Positions 1 through 11,669 of a stretch of 64,000 bases of DNA are shown in pieces. The position numbers were made by a program, and so were the translations under genes. The notes under the pieces are model-generated. The model did not search any database and had not been told where the DNA came from. It saw nothing but the letters and a program-made list of their open reading frames with translations. Position 1 is the stretch's first letter. Each line of letters opens with the position of its first letter. The DNA is from Macrostomum lignano (taxonomy: Eukaryota). Location: the NCBI GenBank assembly GCA_002269645.1, contig NIVC01002047.1:53941-117940 (forward strand), written 5' to 3'.

Positions 1-253
1 ATTACTGAAGCGTGCAAACCCGAAAACTTTAATCAGCTCATGCGCTACCTTCGGGCCACCCGCAGGGCTGAACTCTCCTTTCCAGAGAGCACCATAGCTG
101 CTGGCGACACTGGGGGACCTCCCTGGGCGGCGCCAACCCTCCGTCCATAGCGACGCGTCGGCCGTTCAGGGACTAGCGGAATGGGCGCCCGCGCCTTCCC
201 GCTGTGTCCCCTCCGGGACAGCCCTGCAGCTAAGTCAAGTAAGTCAAGTCAAG
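1..253 (+). mobile_element. Probable 3' end of a non-LTR retrotransposon (ORF C-terminus, 3' UTR, (AAGTC)n tail)
   Basis: Frame 1 is open from base 1 to TAG at 148-150 (ITEACKPENFNQLMRYLRATRR...), resembling ORF2 C-termini of I-group LINEs. A GC-rich tract follows and ends in taagtcaagtaagtcaagtcaag at 231-253. Clade assignment is inference. Confidence 0.4.
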
Positions 254-1249
254 CCCAACCTCAAATTATCTTGTAATTTAGCAATTAATCATTAGTGCAT
301 AATGTATACATATCCATCACACTCGCCGCTATCCTTTTGTAAGACTCGGCGCACCAACCTGATCCTGCTAGTGACCTACTTTTATAATCTGCCATGCCAG
401 CATGGACCCCCGAGTGCTGCAATGCTTCAAGTTCCAACACAAAGAGACTGATTTCCTACCTTTGAAAAAAAGAAGGTTTTCGAAAAGGCCCAGTGGGGCA
501 GCAGTTATATAAACAGGTTCTAGGACCCGACACCCTCGGAAGTGAATACCTCTCAGCTCCAGGGCTGTTCCAAGAATGGAAAACCGACGGGACAAAAAAC
601 TGCCTAGGGGACAAGGAGAACAGAGAGAACGATAATCTATCTACATTCTAATCGGTCAGGCATGTGCACTGTCTGTGCCTCTGGTGTTTTGTCACTCCAA
701 ATTCTAGGTTAAGGCAGCCTTGGCTGACCAGGCATTTTCGGGGGTGGATTGCGTCCTGCAGGGAAGAGGACACTCAGTATGCACTGTTTGGAAGCTGATA
801 TTCGTTCTGGAGATGCAGCAGAATGCCTGACATTTTCTACGGACTGTTCCGCTGTTGTTGCTGCTGCTGCGGCTTCTACCTTGCTTGCTGTTGCCTCTAC
901 TAAACCGGAAGCATGAAGTGAAATTCAGACAAAAAATGTTGCGCCAATATGCGGTATGTTATCGTATATAATACGTAGCGCTGGCAGCAGTTCCTTTGGC
1001 AGTCTCCACCGCCTTCTTGACACTCAGCGCTGAAAATTTTACCTTTCGAATACACTTGCGCATATTATTACTGGTACCTTGAACATTTCAGCTAAACCTT
1101 GAAGCATCTTGAAAAATGAGGCGCTGGTGGTCGAAATGATTTGATGCTCTCTCTTCCGATGGGAAATGACAACTGAGGCGCAGTTTAAGAGAATGAGGCG
1201 CCAATAAAAACATCGGCGTCATGCATTGGGGACAGTCAGGCACCTTTAA

Positions 1250-2010
1250 AAATGAGGCGCCGTCAGGTAAATGAGGCACCATCAGGTAAAGGCGGCGCTA
1301 TCGGGTAAATGAGGCGCCGTCGGATAAATGAGGCGCCATCGGGTAAATGAGGCGCCATTGGGTAACTGAGGCGTCATCGGGTAAATGAGGCGCCATTGGG
1401 TAACTGAGGCGTCATCGGGTAAATGAGGCGCCGTCGGATAAATGAGGCGCCATCGGGTAACTGAGGCGCCGTCGGGTAAATGAGGCGCCGTCGGGTAAAT
1501 GAGGCGCCGTCAGGTAAATGAGGCGCCGTCGGGTAAATGAGGCGCCGTCGGGTAAATGAGGCGCCGTCAGGTAAATGAGGCGCCGTCAGGTAAGTGCGGC
1601 ACCATCGGGTAAATGAGGCGCCATCAGGTAACTCAGGCGCCAGGCGCCATCGGGTAAATGAGGCGCCGTCAGGTAAGTGCGGCGCCGTCGGGTAAATGAG
1701 GTGCCATTAGGTAACTGAGGCGTCATCGGGTAAATGAGGCGCCATTGGGTAACTGAGGCGTCATCGGGTAAATGAGGCGTCATTGGGTAAATGAGGCGCC
1801 ATCGGGTAAATGAGGTGCCATTAGGTAACTGAGGCGCCATCGGGTAACTGAGGCGCCATCGGGTAAATGAGGCGCCGTCGGGTAAATGAGGCGCCGTCGG
1901 GTTAATGAGGCGCCGTCAGGTAAATGAGGCGCCGTCAGGTAAGTGCGGCACCATCGGGTAAATGAGGCGCCATTAGGTAACTGAGGCGCCATCGGGTAAA
2001 TGAGGCGCCT
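1250..2010. repeat. Minisatellite, 19-bp unit GAGGCGCC(G/A)TCGGGTAAAT
   Basis: About 40 tandem units visible directly, with degenerate units from ~1170. Confidence 0.95.
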
Positions 2011-2342
2011 CATGATGTCTTCCAAAAAACAAGAAACGAAAAAGATAGAACTCCATTTATCGTGGTAGACATAAATTTCTGGCATCAAAGCGCTGGCTTA
2101 GTTTTAATAATGTTGTAGAACTAGCGCGTGAATTATTGATGCCTCAACCGAATTTTATTCAAGGCTTCCCACGGAGGCCGCGTGGGCATTGCGCCAACGT
2201 CCTCTGGGGTTCGCCGAGGACGGCTCGTGCTTTTTTGCTATTCGTAATTTATGTGTTGCCATCAAGCACATATTCAATGTCTCGTTCCTTGGTGGCATTA
2301 CTAATAATGCGATGTTTCAAAAGTCAGCTGGGCCGCTCTATA

Positions 2343-3481
2343 AAGTGGGATTTCTAATTGAGTGGGATTTCTAATTAATAGGATTTCTAATTGAATGGGA
2401 TTTCTAATTGAGTGGGATTTCTAATTATGTCTGATTTCTAATTGAATGGGATTTCTAATTGAGTGGGATTTCTAATTGAGTGGGATTTGTAATTGAATAG
2501 TATTTCTAATTGAGTGGGATTTCTAATTGAGTGGGATTTCTAATTGAGTGGGATTTCTAATTGAGTGGGATTTCTAATTGAGTGGGATTTCTAATTGAGT
2601 GGGATTTCTAATTGAGTGGGATTTCTAATTGAGTGGGATTTGTAATTGAGTGGGATTTCTAACTGAGTGGGATTTCTAATTGAGTGGGATTTCTAATTGA
2701 ATGGGATTTCTAACTGAGTGGGATTTGTAATTGAGTGGGATTTCTAACTGAGTGGGATTTCTAATTGAGTGGGATTTCTAACTGAGTGGGATTTCTAATT
2801 GAGTGGGATTTGTAATTGAATAGGATTTCTAATTGAATGGGATTTCTAACTGAGTGGGATTTGTAATTGAGTGGGATTTCTAATTGAGTGGGATTTGTAA
2901 TTGAATAGGATTTCTAATTGAATGGGATTTCTAACTGAGTGGGATTTCTAATTGAGTGGGATTTGTAATTGAATAGGATTTCTAATTGAGTGGGATTTCT
3001 AATTGAATGGGATTTCTAATTGAGTGGGATTTCTAATTGAGTGGGATTTCTAATTTATAGGATTTCTAACTGAGTGGGATTTCTAATTGAATGGGATTTC
3101 TAATTGAATGGGATTTCTAATTGAATGGGATTTCTAATTGAGTGGGATTTGTAATTGAGTGGGATTTCTAACTGAGTGGGATTTGTAATTGAGTGGGATT
3201 TCTAACTGAGTGGGATTTCTATTTGAGTGGGATTTCTAACTGAGTGGGATTTCTAATTGAGTGGGATTTGTAATTGAATAGGATTTCTAATTGAATGGGA
3301 TTTCTAATTGTGTGGGATTTCTAATTGAGTGGGATTTCTAATTGAGTGGGATTTGTAATTGAATAGGATTTCTAATTGAATGGGATTTCTAACTGAGTGG
3401 GATTTCTAATTGAGTGGGATTTGTAATTGAATAGGATTTCTAATTGAGTGGGATTTCTAATTGAGTGGGATTTCTAATTGA
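2343..3481. repeat. Minisatellite, 17-bp unit GAGTGGGATTTCTAATT
   Basis: About 65 tandem units with GAAT/GTAA/AACT variants. Confidence 0.95.
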
Positions 3482-3892
3482 ACTAAAAACGAAAAACAAA
3501 GTTCGACTAAGCGTGGCATATCTCTGACACGAATAGAATTATTATATATTGAAATTAGTTCAATAACAACAGATCCAGTTAGGCTAAATGGTTTACAAAA
3601 AAGCAGAAAAAAATAAAATAACAATTTTCATATTAGAAATGTCTAATTGATAAACCACATTGGTTTCAATTTAGTTAAACGGTGCCGATTAAATTTTCTA
3701 GTTACTGAAAATTGAAACCAAATAATGTATATATTGACGAGATAAAACAAGGTTGTGACTATTAATAGATTGTAAGCTGCATGGTGCCTTAAAGAATTCA
3801 AAATAAAAGTGCTTGAATGATGCTGTGTAACTAAATCTTGGAAGCAAAACAAGACATGAAATATGCAATTCAGCCAAGATCAGTGCAAAACT

Positions 3893-4222
<330 letters not shown>

Positions 4223-4421
4223 ATCATAGATTGGACAAATAAAAATTACAACGGCAAATCAATGCAGAGTTTAAAAGTTTAAAAAAGCTTCAATAAAAGA
4301 CGAGAAATTAACGACAATTTTCAAAATTAGAGACTATGACTCTCTTCTGCACTCTACAGCTCAACTGATGAGTCATCAATATTCTTTCTAAACTAAGTTC
4401 ACCCACTGATTGTGTTAGAAG

Positions 4422-6776
4422 TCAGGTGGCAAAACTGTCAGACAGAACCTTGGACACCGAGGCCAAGCTGAGGATGCAGGTCTCCAAAAGCTTCTCCAAG
4501 TTTTTCTGCTTCGCCTCAGACCCGTCGCCGCCGTTGCCGCTGCCAACTCCGCCGCCGGGCCCCCCGAAGCCGATGAGCTCGTGGGTCTCGTGCATCTCCT
4601 GGCGGAAGATCCGGCGAAACACCCGCAGGCTGCCCTCTTCGGCCAGCAGATTGACGACATCCGAGTGCGGGTAGATTGACCGATAGACGAACACCTTCTG
4701 CACCTCCATGAGCTTGTCGTTGAGCATTCGCTGCCCCAGCAGGTCCAAGTCAGAGCCTGTCCCTCCCCCATCAAGCTTATCTGTTTGAAAGCTGCGCAGA
4801 GCGTCTATTGCGCCAGCCAGTTCAGTTCGGAAAGCTCGACGCAGGGCCGACCAAGATGAGCTGTTGAGTCTGCTCTGACCGCCTCTAGCCAAAATCAAGC
4901 TGGCATTCTCGGCCAGCTGGTACAGGTGGCTCATGGCTTCGTCAATCTCAGTGGCGTAGCTGGTCAGGTTGGTTGGCAGGATGGGCCGGTCGAGCAGGCT
5001 GTAGGCGATGCCGATGTAGTTGTGCACCGCGGCCAAGTGCGCTTTGCCACCCGGGTCTGTCAGGCGGTACAGCCGCACAGTGTCGTAGCGGCTATGGTAG
5101 AGATCGTACACAACCATCCTGGGTTCGTTAGGCCTGATGTAGGATAAGTCCACGATCGGTACGCCTATGTTGCGCCAGAACACGTAATAATCGGAATAAG
5201 AGTCCGGCGTGATGTAGAAATGATGGTCGGGACTGGAGGTGCTTTTGCCCGGGTCGGGCACTTCGGCGAACAGTTTGTCAAGGAAGCCGTGCCAACGACG
5301 GAACGCGTGCACCATGACCTTCCAGTGGCCCATGATGTCCGTGTCGGTGTTGATGTAGCCGACTAGACGCCGATTGGCTCGCAGAATCTCCTCGTCCAGC
5401 CACTCGGCGCTGCCGATCAGGTTCCACTCCTCGGCATCCCAGCTGCACAGCAGGAGGCTGCGCCTCGGCCTCCAGCCTGTGGCGCTGTGAAACTCGGCCA
5501 AGGCTCGGCTGATCTCCAGCAGCGAGCTCAGGCCCGTGTGCGGATCCAATGCGCCAGAGTGCCAGGCGTCCCGGTGTCCACCAACCAGCACGACGCGGTC
5601 GGGCTCCACTGAGCCCGTCAGCTCCGCGCAGATGTCCTGCACCGGCCTTAGCGACTGTTTCATCGGCCAGTTGATTTGAAGGAACAACTCGCTGCTGCTG
5701 TCCGACTGAAGCGCCTTGTTGAGCAGATCGACGTCAGCTTTGGAGATCGGCACCGTCGGATGGTCCGGCTGGCTCAGCGGCGGCCCGCCTTCCAGACGGA
5801 CAGCGTACGGCTTCGATGGGAACATCGGCGTGGTCGGATCGCCTTTGACGTTGGTGTTCAGAGTGGTTTTCATGGAGATCAGCGTGTCCGGCACCCCGGT
5901 GCCCTCCGGGTAGACTGGCACCCCAGGCCGCGACTCCATGGCCCGGTTCTTCAGCACACCTGCGGTCATGTTCAGGACGGTGATGTTGATGAAGGCGGAG
6001 ACTGGCCGGTCGCCTAGAATCACCTTGTCCGACAGAGCTAGTCGCAGCTGCTCAGGACTAGTTGCCTTGGCAACTGTTTCCTTCAACTTTTCCAACGTTA
6101 ACAATCGAAATTTGCCCTGCAGCGGCTTGGTGAACGGAACAATTGACGGCAAAGCGTCGGCCGCGGCCTCCAGCTCAGTGATGGGCGCATCAAGGCGCAG
6201 CGTGACATTGCACCGGGCGTCCATTCCGTTCAAGCTGCCTCTGCACAGTCTGACGCCAACCTGATCTTTCGAAGTTGAACTGTCGGTGTCCAAATATGAC
6301 AGCAGCACCGAGTAGGTTCGATTGAAGACTTTCAGGCCGAGCTTGCGCCAGTTGTTGGCCACGTATTCGGCGTGGTAGATGGCGCCGGGAGTGCCGGCGC
6401 GAGACTGACGGCTGGACAGAGCGGCTACGTGTTGGTCCAGCAGAGCGGAGTTCGGCACCAGACCGCGCAGCTTATCGCGATTCAATTTCAATGTCGAGTC
6501 GTCGATCCACCGGTTCGACTGGCGGCCAATCCGACTGCTCGGCGAGGTCAACGCCAGCGTGGTGACGGCGAAGCTGACCAGGCAGCCGAGCACGAAGGCG
6601 GCGGCGATCAGGCTGGCAACAATTCCGGTGGCACCGCAGCAGCAGCATCTCCGCTGTGTCCACTGCAGCTTCGGCTCTTCATCTTCGGCTGTCTCCACTT
6701 TTTCGTAGCAGCCGCCGCTACCAGCTCCGACCAGTTGCTGGCGCTGCTGGTTGCCGCTGTTATTCGCTTCCGCCAT
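4422..6776 (-). CDS. Peptidase M28B family, glutamate carboxypeptidase II / NAALADase-like type II membrane protein, 784 aa, single coding exon
   Basis: N-terminal tail plus hydrophobic anchor (GIVASLIAAAFVLGCLVSFAV). GCPII-like zinc and catalytic motifs: GGHRDAW, LDP, WDAEEW, YINTD, SD, LYHSRYDT, KGDPTTP. C-terminal dimerisation-domain motif RMLNDKLMEVQKVF. Confidence 0.92.
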   Translation of the reverse strand: MAEANNSGNQQRQQLVGAGSGGCYEKVETAEDEEPKLQWTQRRCCCCGATGIVASLIAAAFVLGCLVSFAVTTLALTSPSSRIGRQSNRWIDDSTLKLNRDKLRGLVPNSALLDQHVAALSSRQSRAGTPGAIYHAEYVANNWRKLGLKVFNRTYSVLLSYLDTDSSTSKDQVGVRLCRGSLNGMDARCNVTLRLDAPITELEAAADALPSIVPFTKPLQGKFRLLTLEKLKETVAKATSPEQLRLALSDKVILGDRPVSAFINITVLNMTAGVLKNRAMESRPGVPVYPEGTGVPDTLISMKTTLNTNVKGDPTTPMFPSKPYAVRLEGGPPLSQPDHPTVPISKADVDLLNKALQSDSSSELFLQINWPMKQSLRPVQDICAELTGSVEPDRVVLVGGHRDAWHSGALDPHTGLSSLLEISRALAEFHSATGWRPRRSLLLCSWDAEEWNLIGSAEWLDEEILRANRRLVGYINTDTDIMGHWKVMVHAFRRWHGFLDKLFAEVPDPGKSTSSPDHHFYITPDSYSDYYVFWRNIGVPIVDLSYIRPNEPRMVVYDLYHSRYDTVRLYRLTDPGGKAHLAAVHNYIGIAYSLLDRPILPTNLTSYATEIDEAMSHLYQLAENASLILARGGQSRLNSSSWSALRRAFRTELAGAIDALRSFQTDKLDGGGTGSDLDLLGQRMLNDKLMEVQKVFVYRSIYPHSDVVNLLAEEGSLRVFRRIFRQEMHETHELIGFGGPGGGVGSGNGGDGSEAKQKNLEKLLETCILSLASVSKVLSDSFAT

Positions 6777-7477
6777 GTCCAGTTTCTGTTTCTGCTACTA
6801 AAAGACAGCAGAAAGTTGATTCATTGTGCTAAAAAACTGCAAACTCGTCTCTATTAAACAAAAGGCAAAGTCCAAGTGGCTGCCACTTCGGTGTCCTTAC
6901 GAAACTCGATGCGAACTTTCCGCGCACCCAGGCTGGTCTGAATTTACACGGCTGTCCTACCAACACGATCCCATGCAGCTAGGGATTTCTGGACTGCCGT
7001 ATCAACGCAAGCTGTTAGATTGGCCCAACAAAATCTCAGCCAATCAGCGCGCGCACACCAGCCTGTAGGACGTAATTCGCAACCTATTAGTTAATTTAAT
7101 AGCGTTGGAAGTTTCTATTGCGCACTTGATCTGTTGATAGTAATCACACAGTATAGTATCTACGAAACTGTGATTCTTGCTGTCAAGACGCCCTCTCAAC
7201 CGTTATAATCAATGCATGATCAATAATTATGATCCTAGCATTTGTGTGGAATTTCTCGCGAGCTGCGCAAATATTGAATTGTCGAAATTTTCTGTTGAAA
7301 TTTTAACGATTTTGCGCTAATGAATCTGAATTAATAGTGTTTTGTCGCCTTGTATCTGGGAGAGAGGTCGTTCCCAGGCTTTCTGGGGCAGCTAGAGGGG
7401 TTGGAGGTGTTGGGTGCAGGTGTACCCAATATGTTGTACTCGCAATAAAGTACTCACCACTTCGCACAGTAGATAAG

Positions 7478-8546
7478 GGCCGTGCAGTGGATAATTAAGG
7501 GCCGTGCAGTGGATAATTCTGGGCCGTGCAGTGGATAATTGTGGGCCGTACAGTGGATAATTCTGGGCCGTGCAGTGGATAATTGTGGGCCGTACAGTGG
7601 ATAATTCTGGGCCGTGCAGTGGATAATTCTGGGCCGTGCAGTGGATAATTGTGGGCCGTACAGTGGATAATTCTGGGCCGTGCAGTGGATAATTGTGGGC
7701 CGTGCAGTGGATAATTCTGGGCCGTACAGTGGATAATTGTGGGCCGTGCAGTGGATAATTGTGGGCCGTGCAGTGGATAATTCTGGGCCGTGCAGTGGAT
7801 AATTCTGGGCCGTGCAGTGGATAATTGTGGGCCGTGCAGTGGATAATTGTGGGCCGTGCAGTGGATAATTGTGGGCCGTACAGTGGATAATTGTGGGCCG
7901 TGCAGTGGATAATTCTGGGCCGTGCAGTGGATAATTCTGGGCCGTGCAGTTGATAATTCTGGGCCGTGCAGTGGATAATTGTGGGCCGTGCAGTGGATAA
8001 TTGTGGGCCGTGCAGTGGATAATTGTGGGCCGTACAGTGGATAATTCTGGGCCGTGCAGTGGATAATTGTGGGCCGTGCAGTGGATAATTCTGGGCCGTG
8101 CAGTTGATAATTCTGGGCCGTGCAGTGGATAATTCTGGGCCGTGCAGTGGATAATTCTGGGCCGTGCAGTGGATAATTGTGGGCCGTACAGTGGATAATT
8201 GTGGGCCGTGCAGTGGATAATTGTGGGCCGTGCAGTGGATAATTCTGGGCCGTGCAGTGGATAATTCTGGGCCGTGCAGTGGATAATAAGGGCCGTGCAG
8301 TGGATAATTCTGGGCCGTACAGTGGATAATAAGGGCCGTACAGTGGATAATTGTGGGCCGTGCAGTGGATAATTGTGGGCCGTGCAGTGGATAATTCTGG
8401 GCCGTACAGTGGATAATTAAGGGCCGTGCAGTGGATAATTCTGTGCTGTGCAGTGGATAATTCTGGGCCGTGCAGTGGATAATTGTGGGCCGTGCAGTGG
8501 ATAATTCTGGGCCGTGCAGTGGATAATTCTGGGCCGTGCAGTGGAT
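7478..8546. repeat. Minisatellite, 22-bp unit GGGCCGTGCAGTGGATAATT(C/G)T
   Basis: About 47 tandem units, intergenic between the divergently oriented M28 and GPCR genes. Confidence 0.95.
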
Positions 8547-8895
8547 AGAGTATGACGCAATAAAGTCAAAAAAGAAAATACAGATTCAAAATAGCCCTCA
8601 CGCGGCAAGTCTTGGGCAAAAAAATTTCGTTGCTGCCTACTATTTGTCCAGTAGGCTATTTCGTAGCATGCCCGAGTATTTATTTGTTCAGGATTAAACT
8701 CCCCCAGCAACCAATGGAAATCGCTTTTTCCCCAACTGATGAATACTTCTTCGAGACGTGTCTTGCTTCTCCCCAGGATTTCTTAAGTCGTGCAGACCGA
8801 TTGCTAGCTAGCTAAGAAAAATCCAGCCCTCAAAAGCAGAAAGTCAGCATTAAAACTCTATCTTAAGCGTACTGACAGCCGAAGACCTTGAAGCC

Positions 8896-10998
8896 ATGGA
8901 CGAGCAAACTGCCACAAATGCCTCGAATTCAACTAGGTAAGCTGGAAGGCATTTAACTTCTAACCAGCGCCATAATCTATACAGTCAGTGTAACACACAG
9001 GCGCCATAATCTATACAGTCAGTGTAACACACAGGCGCCATAATCTATACAGTAAGTGTAACACACTGGCGCCATAATCTATACAGTCAGTGTAACACAC
9101 AGGCGCCATAAACTATACAGTCAGTGTAACACACACAGGCGCCATAATCTATACAGTCAGTGTAACACACACAGGCGCCATAATCTATACAGTCAGTGTA
9201 ACACACAGGCGCCATAATCTATACAGTCAGTGTAACACACAGGCGCCATAATCTATACAGTAAGTGTAACACACTGGCGCCATAATCTATACAGTCAGTG
9301 TAACACACAGGCGCCATAAACTATACAGTCAGTGTAACACACACAGGCGCCATAATCTATACAGTCAGTGTAACACACAGGCGCCATAATCTATACAGTC
9401 AGTGTAACACACACAGGCGCCATAATCTACAGTCAGTTTAACACACAGGCGCCATAATCTACAGTCAGTGTAACACACAGGCGCCATAATCTATACAGTA
9501 AGTGTAACACACACAGGCGCCATAATCTATACAGTAAGTGTAACACACACAGGCGCCATAATCTATACAGTAAGTGTAACACACACAGGCGCCATAATCT
9601 ATACAGTCAGTGTAACACACAGGCGCCATAATCTATACAGTCAGTGTAACACACAGGCGCCATAATCTATACAGTAAGTGTAACACACACAGGCGCCATA
9701 ATCTATACAGTCAGTTTAACACACAGGCGCCATAATCTATACAGTCAGTGTAACACACAGGTGCCATAATCTACAGTCAGTGTAACACACAGGCGTCAAG
9801 ACTCACAGAAGTCATTACTCATCATAATCTTTCTCCTTTGTTGAATTACTCGCATGCCAGCGTCAACAACGGCCTGTTCCGTCGCGAGCTGGTGATCCTT
9901 GACATCAGCCTCACTGTTGTGATCGCTCTGTTTGGCCTCGGAGGCAATGCGCTCACCGTCCGAGTACTTCGAGAGCCGAACCTTCGACGAACCAGCACAG
10001 CTTTCTACTTTACTGTGCTCGCCGCTGTGGACATTCTCGTCCTGTTGATTGGGCCGTCTATGAAGGCTCTGTCAGCGATTGTTTACAAGGACGAGCGCCA
10101 GCTTCGAGATGCTCACCACCTGCTGTGCAAGGCTCAACTATTTCTGAATTATTCAATCTGCCAGATCAGCGCCTGGGTGCTGGTCGCTGTCACCGTAGAT
10201 CGCATGATTTGGGTCCGTTGGCCCTTCAAAGCCAGGCAGTTGTGCACCATCAAGCGGGCGGCGCTGGTTGCACTGTTGATTGTGCTACTAATTAGCTGCA
10301 TCAACGCCAGACACCTGTGGTACTCCGTGCTACGACCGACCAAGCGCGACCCAATGGTCTTTGCTTGCACTATCAACGATACATTCATCAGGGACACCTA
10401 CGTGACCTATATTGATCCGTCTCTGATCACAATTGGCCCCTTTCTGGTCATGCTGACGGCTAATCTGATCATAATACGCCAGCTGCACCGGCTGAAGGCC
10501 AAACGAGAGAAGAACTTGCACAAAGGTCGCAGCAACAGGAAGGAGGGCGGCAGCCTCACCAAGATGCTGATGTGCGTCAACTTTTTCTATCTGCTCTCCT
10601 CACTGCCCTACCTAATACTTCTCGCCGTGCTCAAGGAGCATCGACAAGAGATTATGGAGCACCCGCTACTGACCAATGTGGTCTACGCCATCCAGATCTT
10701 TGTGTACGGCCTGTTCAACCTGAACTACGCCATCCACTTCCTGCTCTACTGTCTGGCTGGACAGACCTTCAAGGCTGAAGCATTTCGACTGCTGAGGATC
10801 CGACAGGGCCAAGCTGCTGCTGCTGCAGCTGGACCGACCGCCGACGCCGCCACCGCCGCTGCCACCGCCGCTTCTCCTGAAGAACTGGCCGACAACAACG
10901 AAGAAGACTCAGATTGCGTCAATCCTGCTCAACGCGTCGGAGGCGGAGGCGGCGTCGGCACGGATGAAAGAGAAGCTGTCGAGCTGCTGCCCCGATGA
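8896..10998 (+). CDS. Class A (rhodopsin-like) orphan peptide-type GPCR, FMRFamide-receptor-like, 2 exons, ~392 aa
   Basis: Exon 1 is 8896-8936 (MDEQTATNASNST, two N-glycosylation sequons, donor AG|GTAAG). Exon 2 is 9861-10998 (acceptor CAG|, phase 2 matches). Seven TM segments with GN (TM1), LAAVD (TM2), DRM (TM3), LPY (TM6) and NYAIHFLLY (TM7). Confidence 0.9.
8967..9797. repeat. Minisatellite, 34-bp unit GGCGCCATAATCTATACAGT(C/A)AGTGTAACACACA filling the GPCR intron
   Basis: About 24 units with variable (CA)n length. Confidence 0.95.
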
Positions 10999-11204
10999 AC
11001 CGATAGACGGTTTGCATTAAGTTGGTCCGATTCATAATTAAACTCAAGACAATACTCGGTCAGTTGTACATGTAGAAGTTGTGGCGACAGTTCATTTGTT
11101 CTTATAAGACTCGTTCGTTGTTAGATTAGTCTCTGGTTATACCCTGGCAAACACCAGTTAACTTTTTTAAAATCTTTCTTTATCCCATACTATAGTACGA
11201 GTCT

Positions 11205-11229
11205 TCTATATATCTAAATCTAAGCTGTC

Positions 11230-11266
<37 letters not shown>

Positions 11267-11402
11267 GCGATAGATAATAGAAAAAACGGCTCAACCGATT
11301 TCCACCAAACTTGCACCATTCGATCAGAAATTTATCCATGACGGTACATGGGTCGTGGCTAAGAAATTGCTGAATGCTAAAGGGATTAAATATTCGAAAA
11401 AC
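11205..11402 (+). mobile_element. Non-autonomous Helitron-like element 5' portion with internal (GTCT)n
   Basis: TCTATATATCT start, (GTCT)n, then AAACGGCTCAACCGATTTCCACCAAACTT, the layout of Lep1-type non-autonomous Helitrons (recalled). A second diverged copy lies inverted at ~62067-62190. Confidence 0.6.
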
Positions 11403-11669
11403 TGTATTCTCCCTATCTAATTCGTGTATTTTTCTTGCAGTGAGAGCTCAATACGTCTATGGCCATAGACTAAACTTCAATTCTTGAGCTGATGCTATGA
11501 GTTTTAAATAGCTATACCTAGCTTATTAAATTGTAAAATTTATGAATATCTTTGTCTTCAACTTGAATTGTTTGAATCCGGAACTGATTGTTTGAATTAA
11601 ATTCGGGTGTTACTAAAGTGCATAATCACTTGAACAGAAATGCCTCAACGACATTGTGCTAGGTTTAAG

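Noticed and set aside
600-1035. Possible minus-strand exons (LSVKKAVETAKGTAASA; Ala/Ser-rich frame)
   Set aside because: Splice sites are plausible, but there is no recognisable homology and I could not build a consistent model.
2136-2374. Short ORFs between two satellites (GFAEDGSCFFAIRNL...)
   Set aside because: Could be an isolated exon, but there is no recognisable motif or partner exon.
4422-6776. Horizontal transfer of the intronless GC-rich M28 gene from bacteria
   Set aside because: The type II membrane topology and GCPII-type C-terminal domain are metazoan-like, and GC content matches other exons here. There is no positive evidence without a phylogeny.
7478-8546. Regularly spaced repeats suggesting CRISPR arrays (here and elsewhere)
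   Set aside because: Units are head-to-tail with no unique spacers, there are no cas genes, and the context is eukaryotic.
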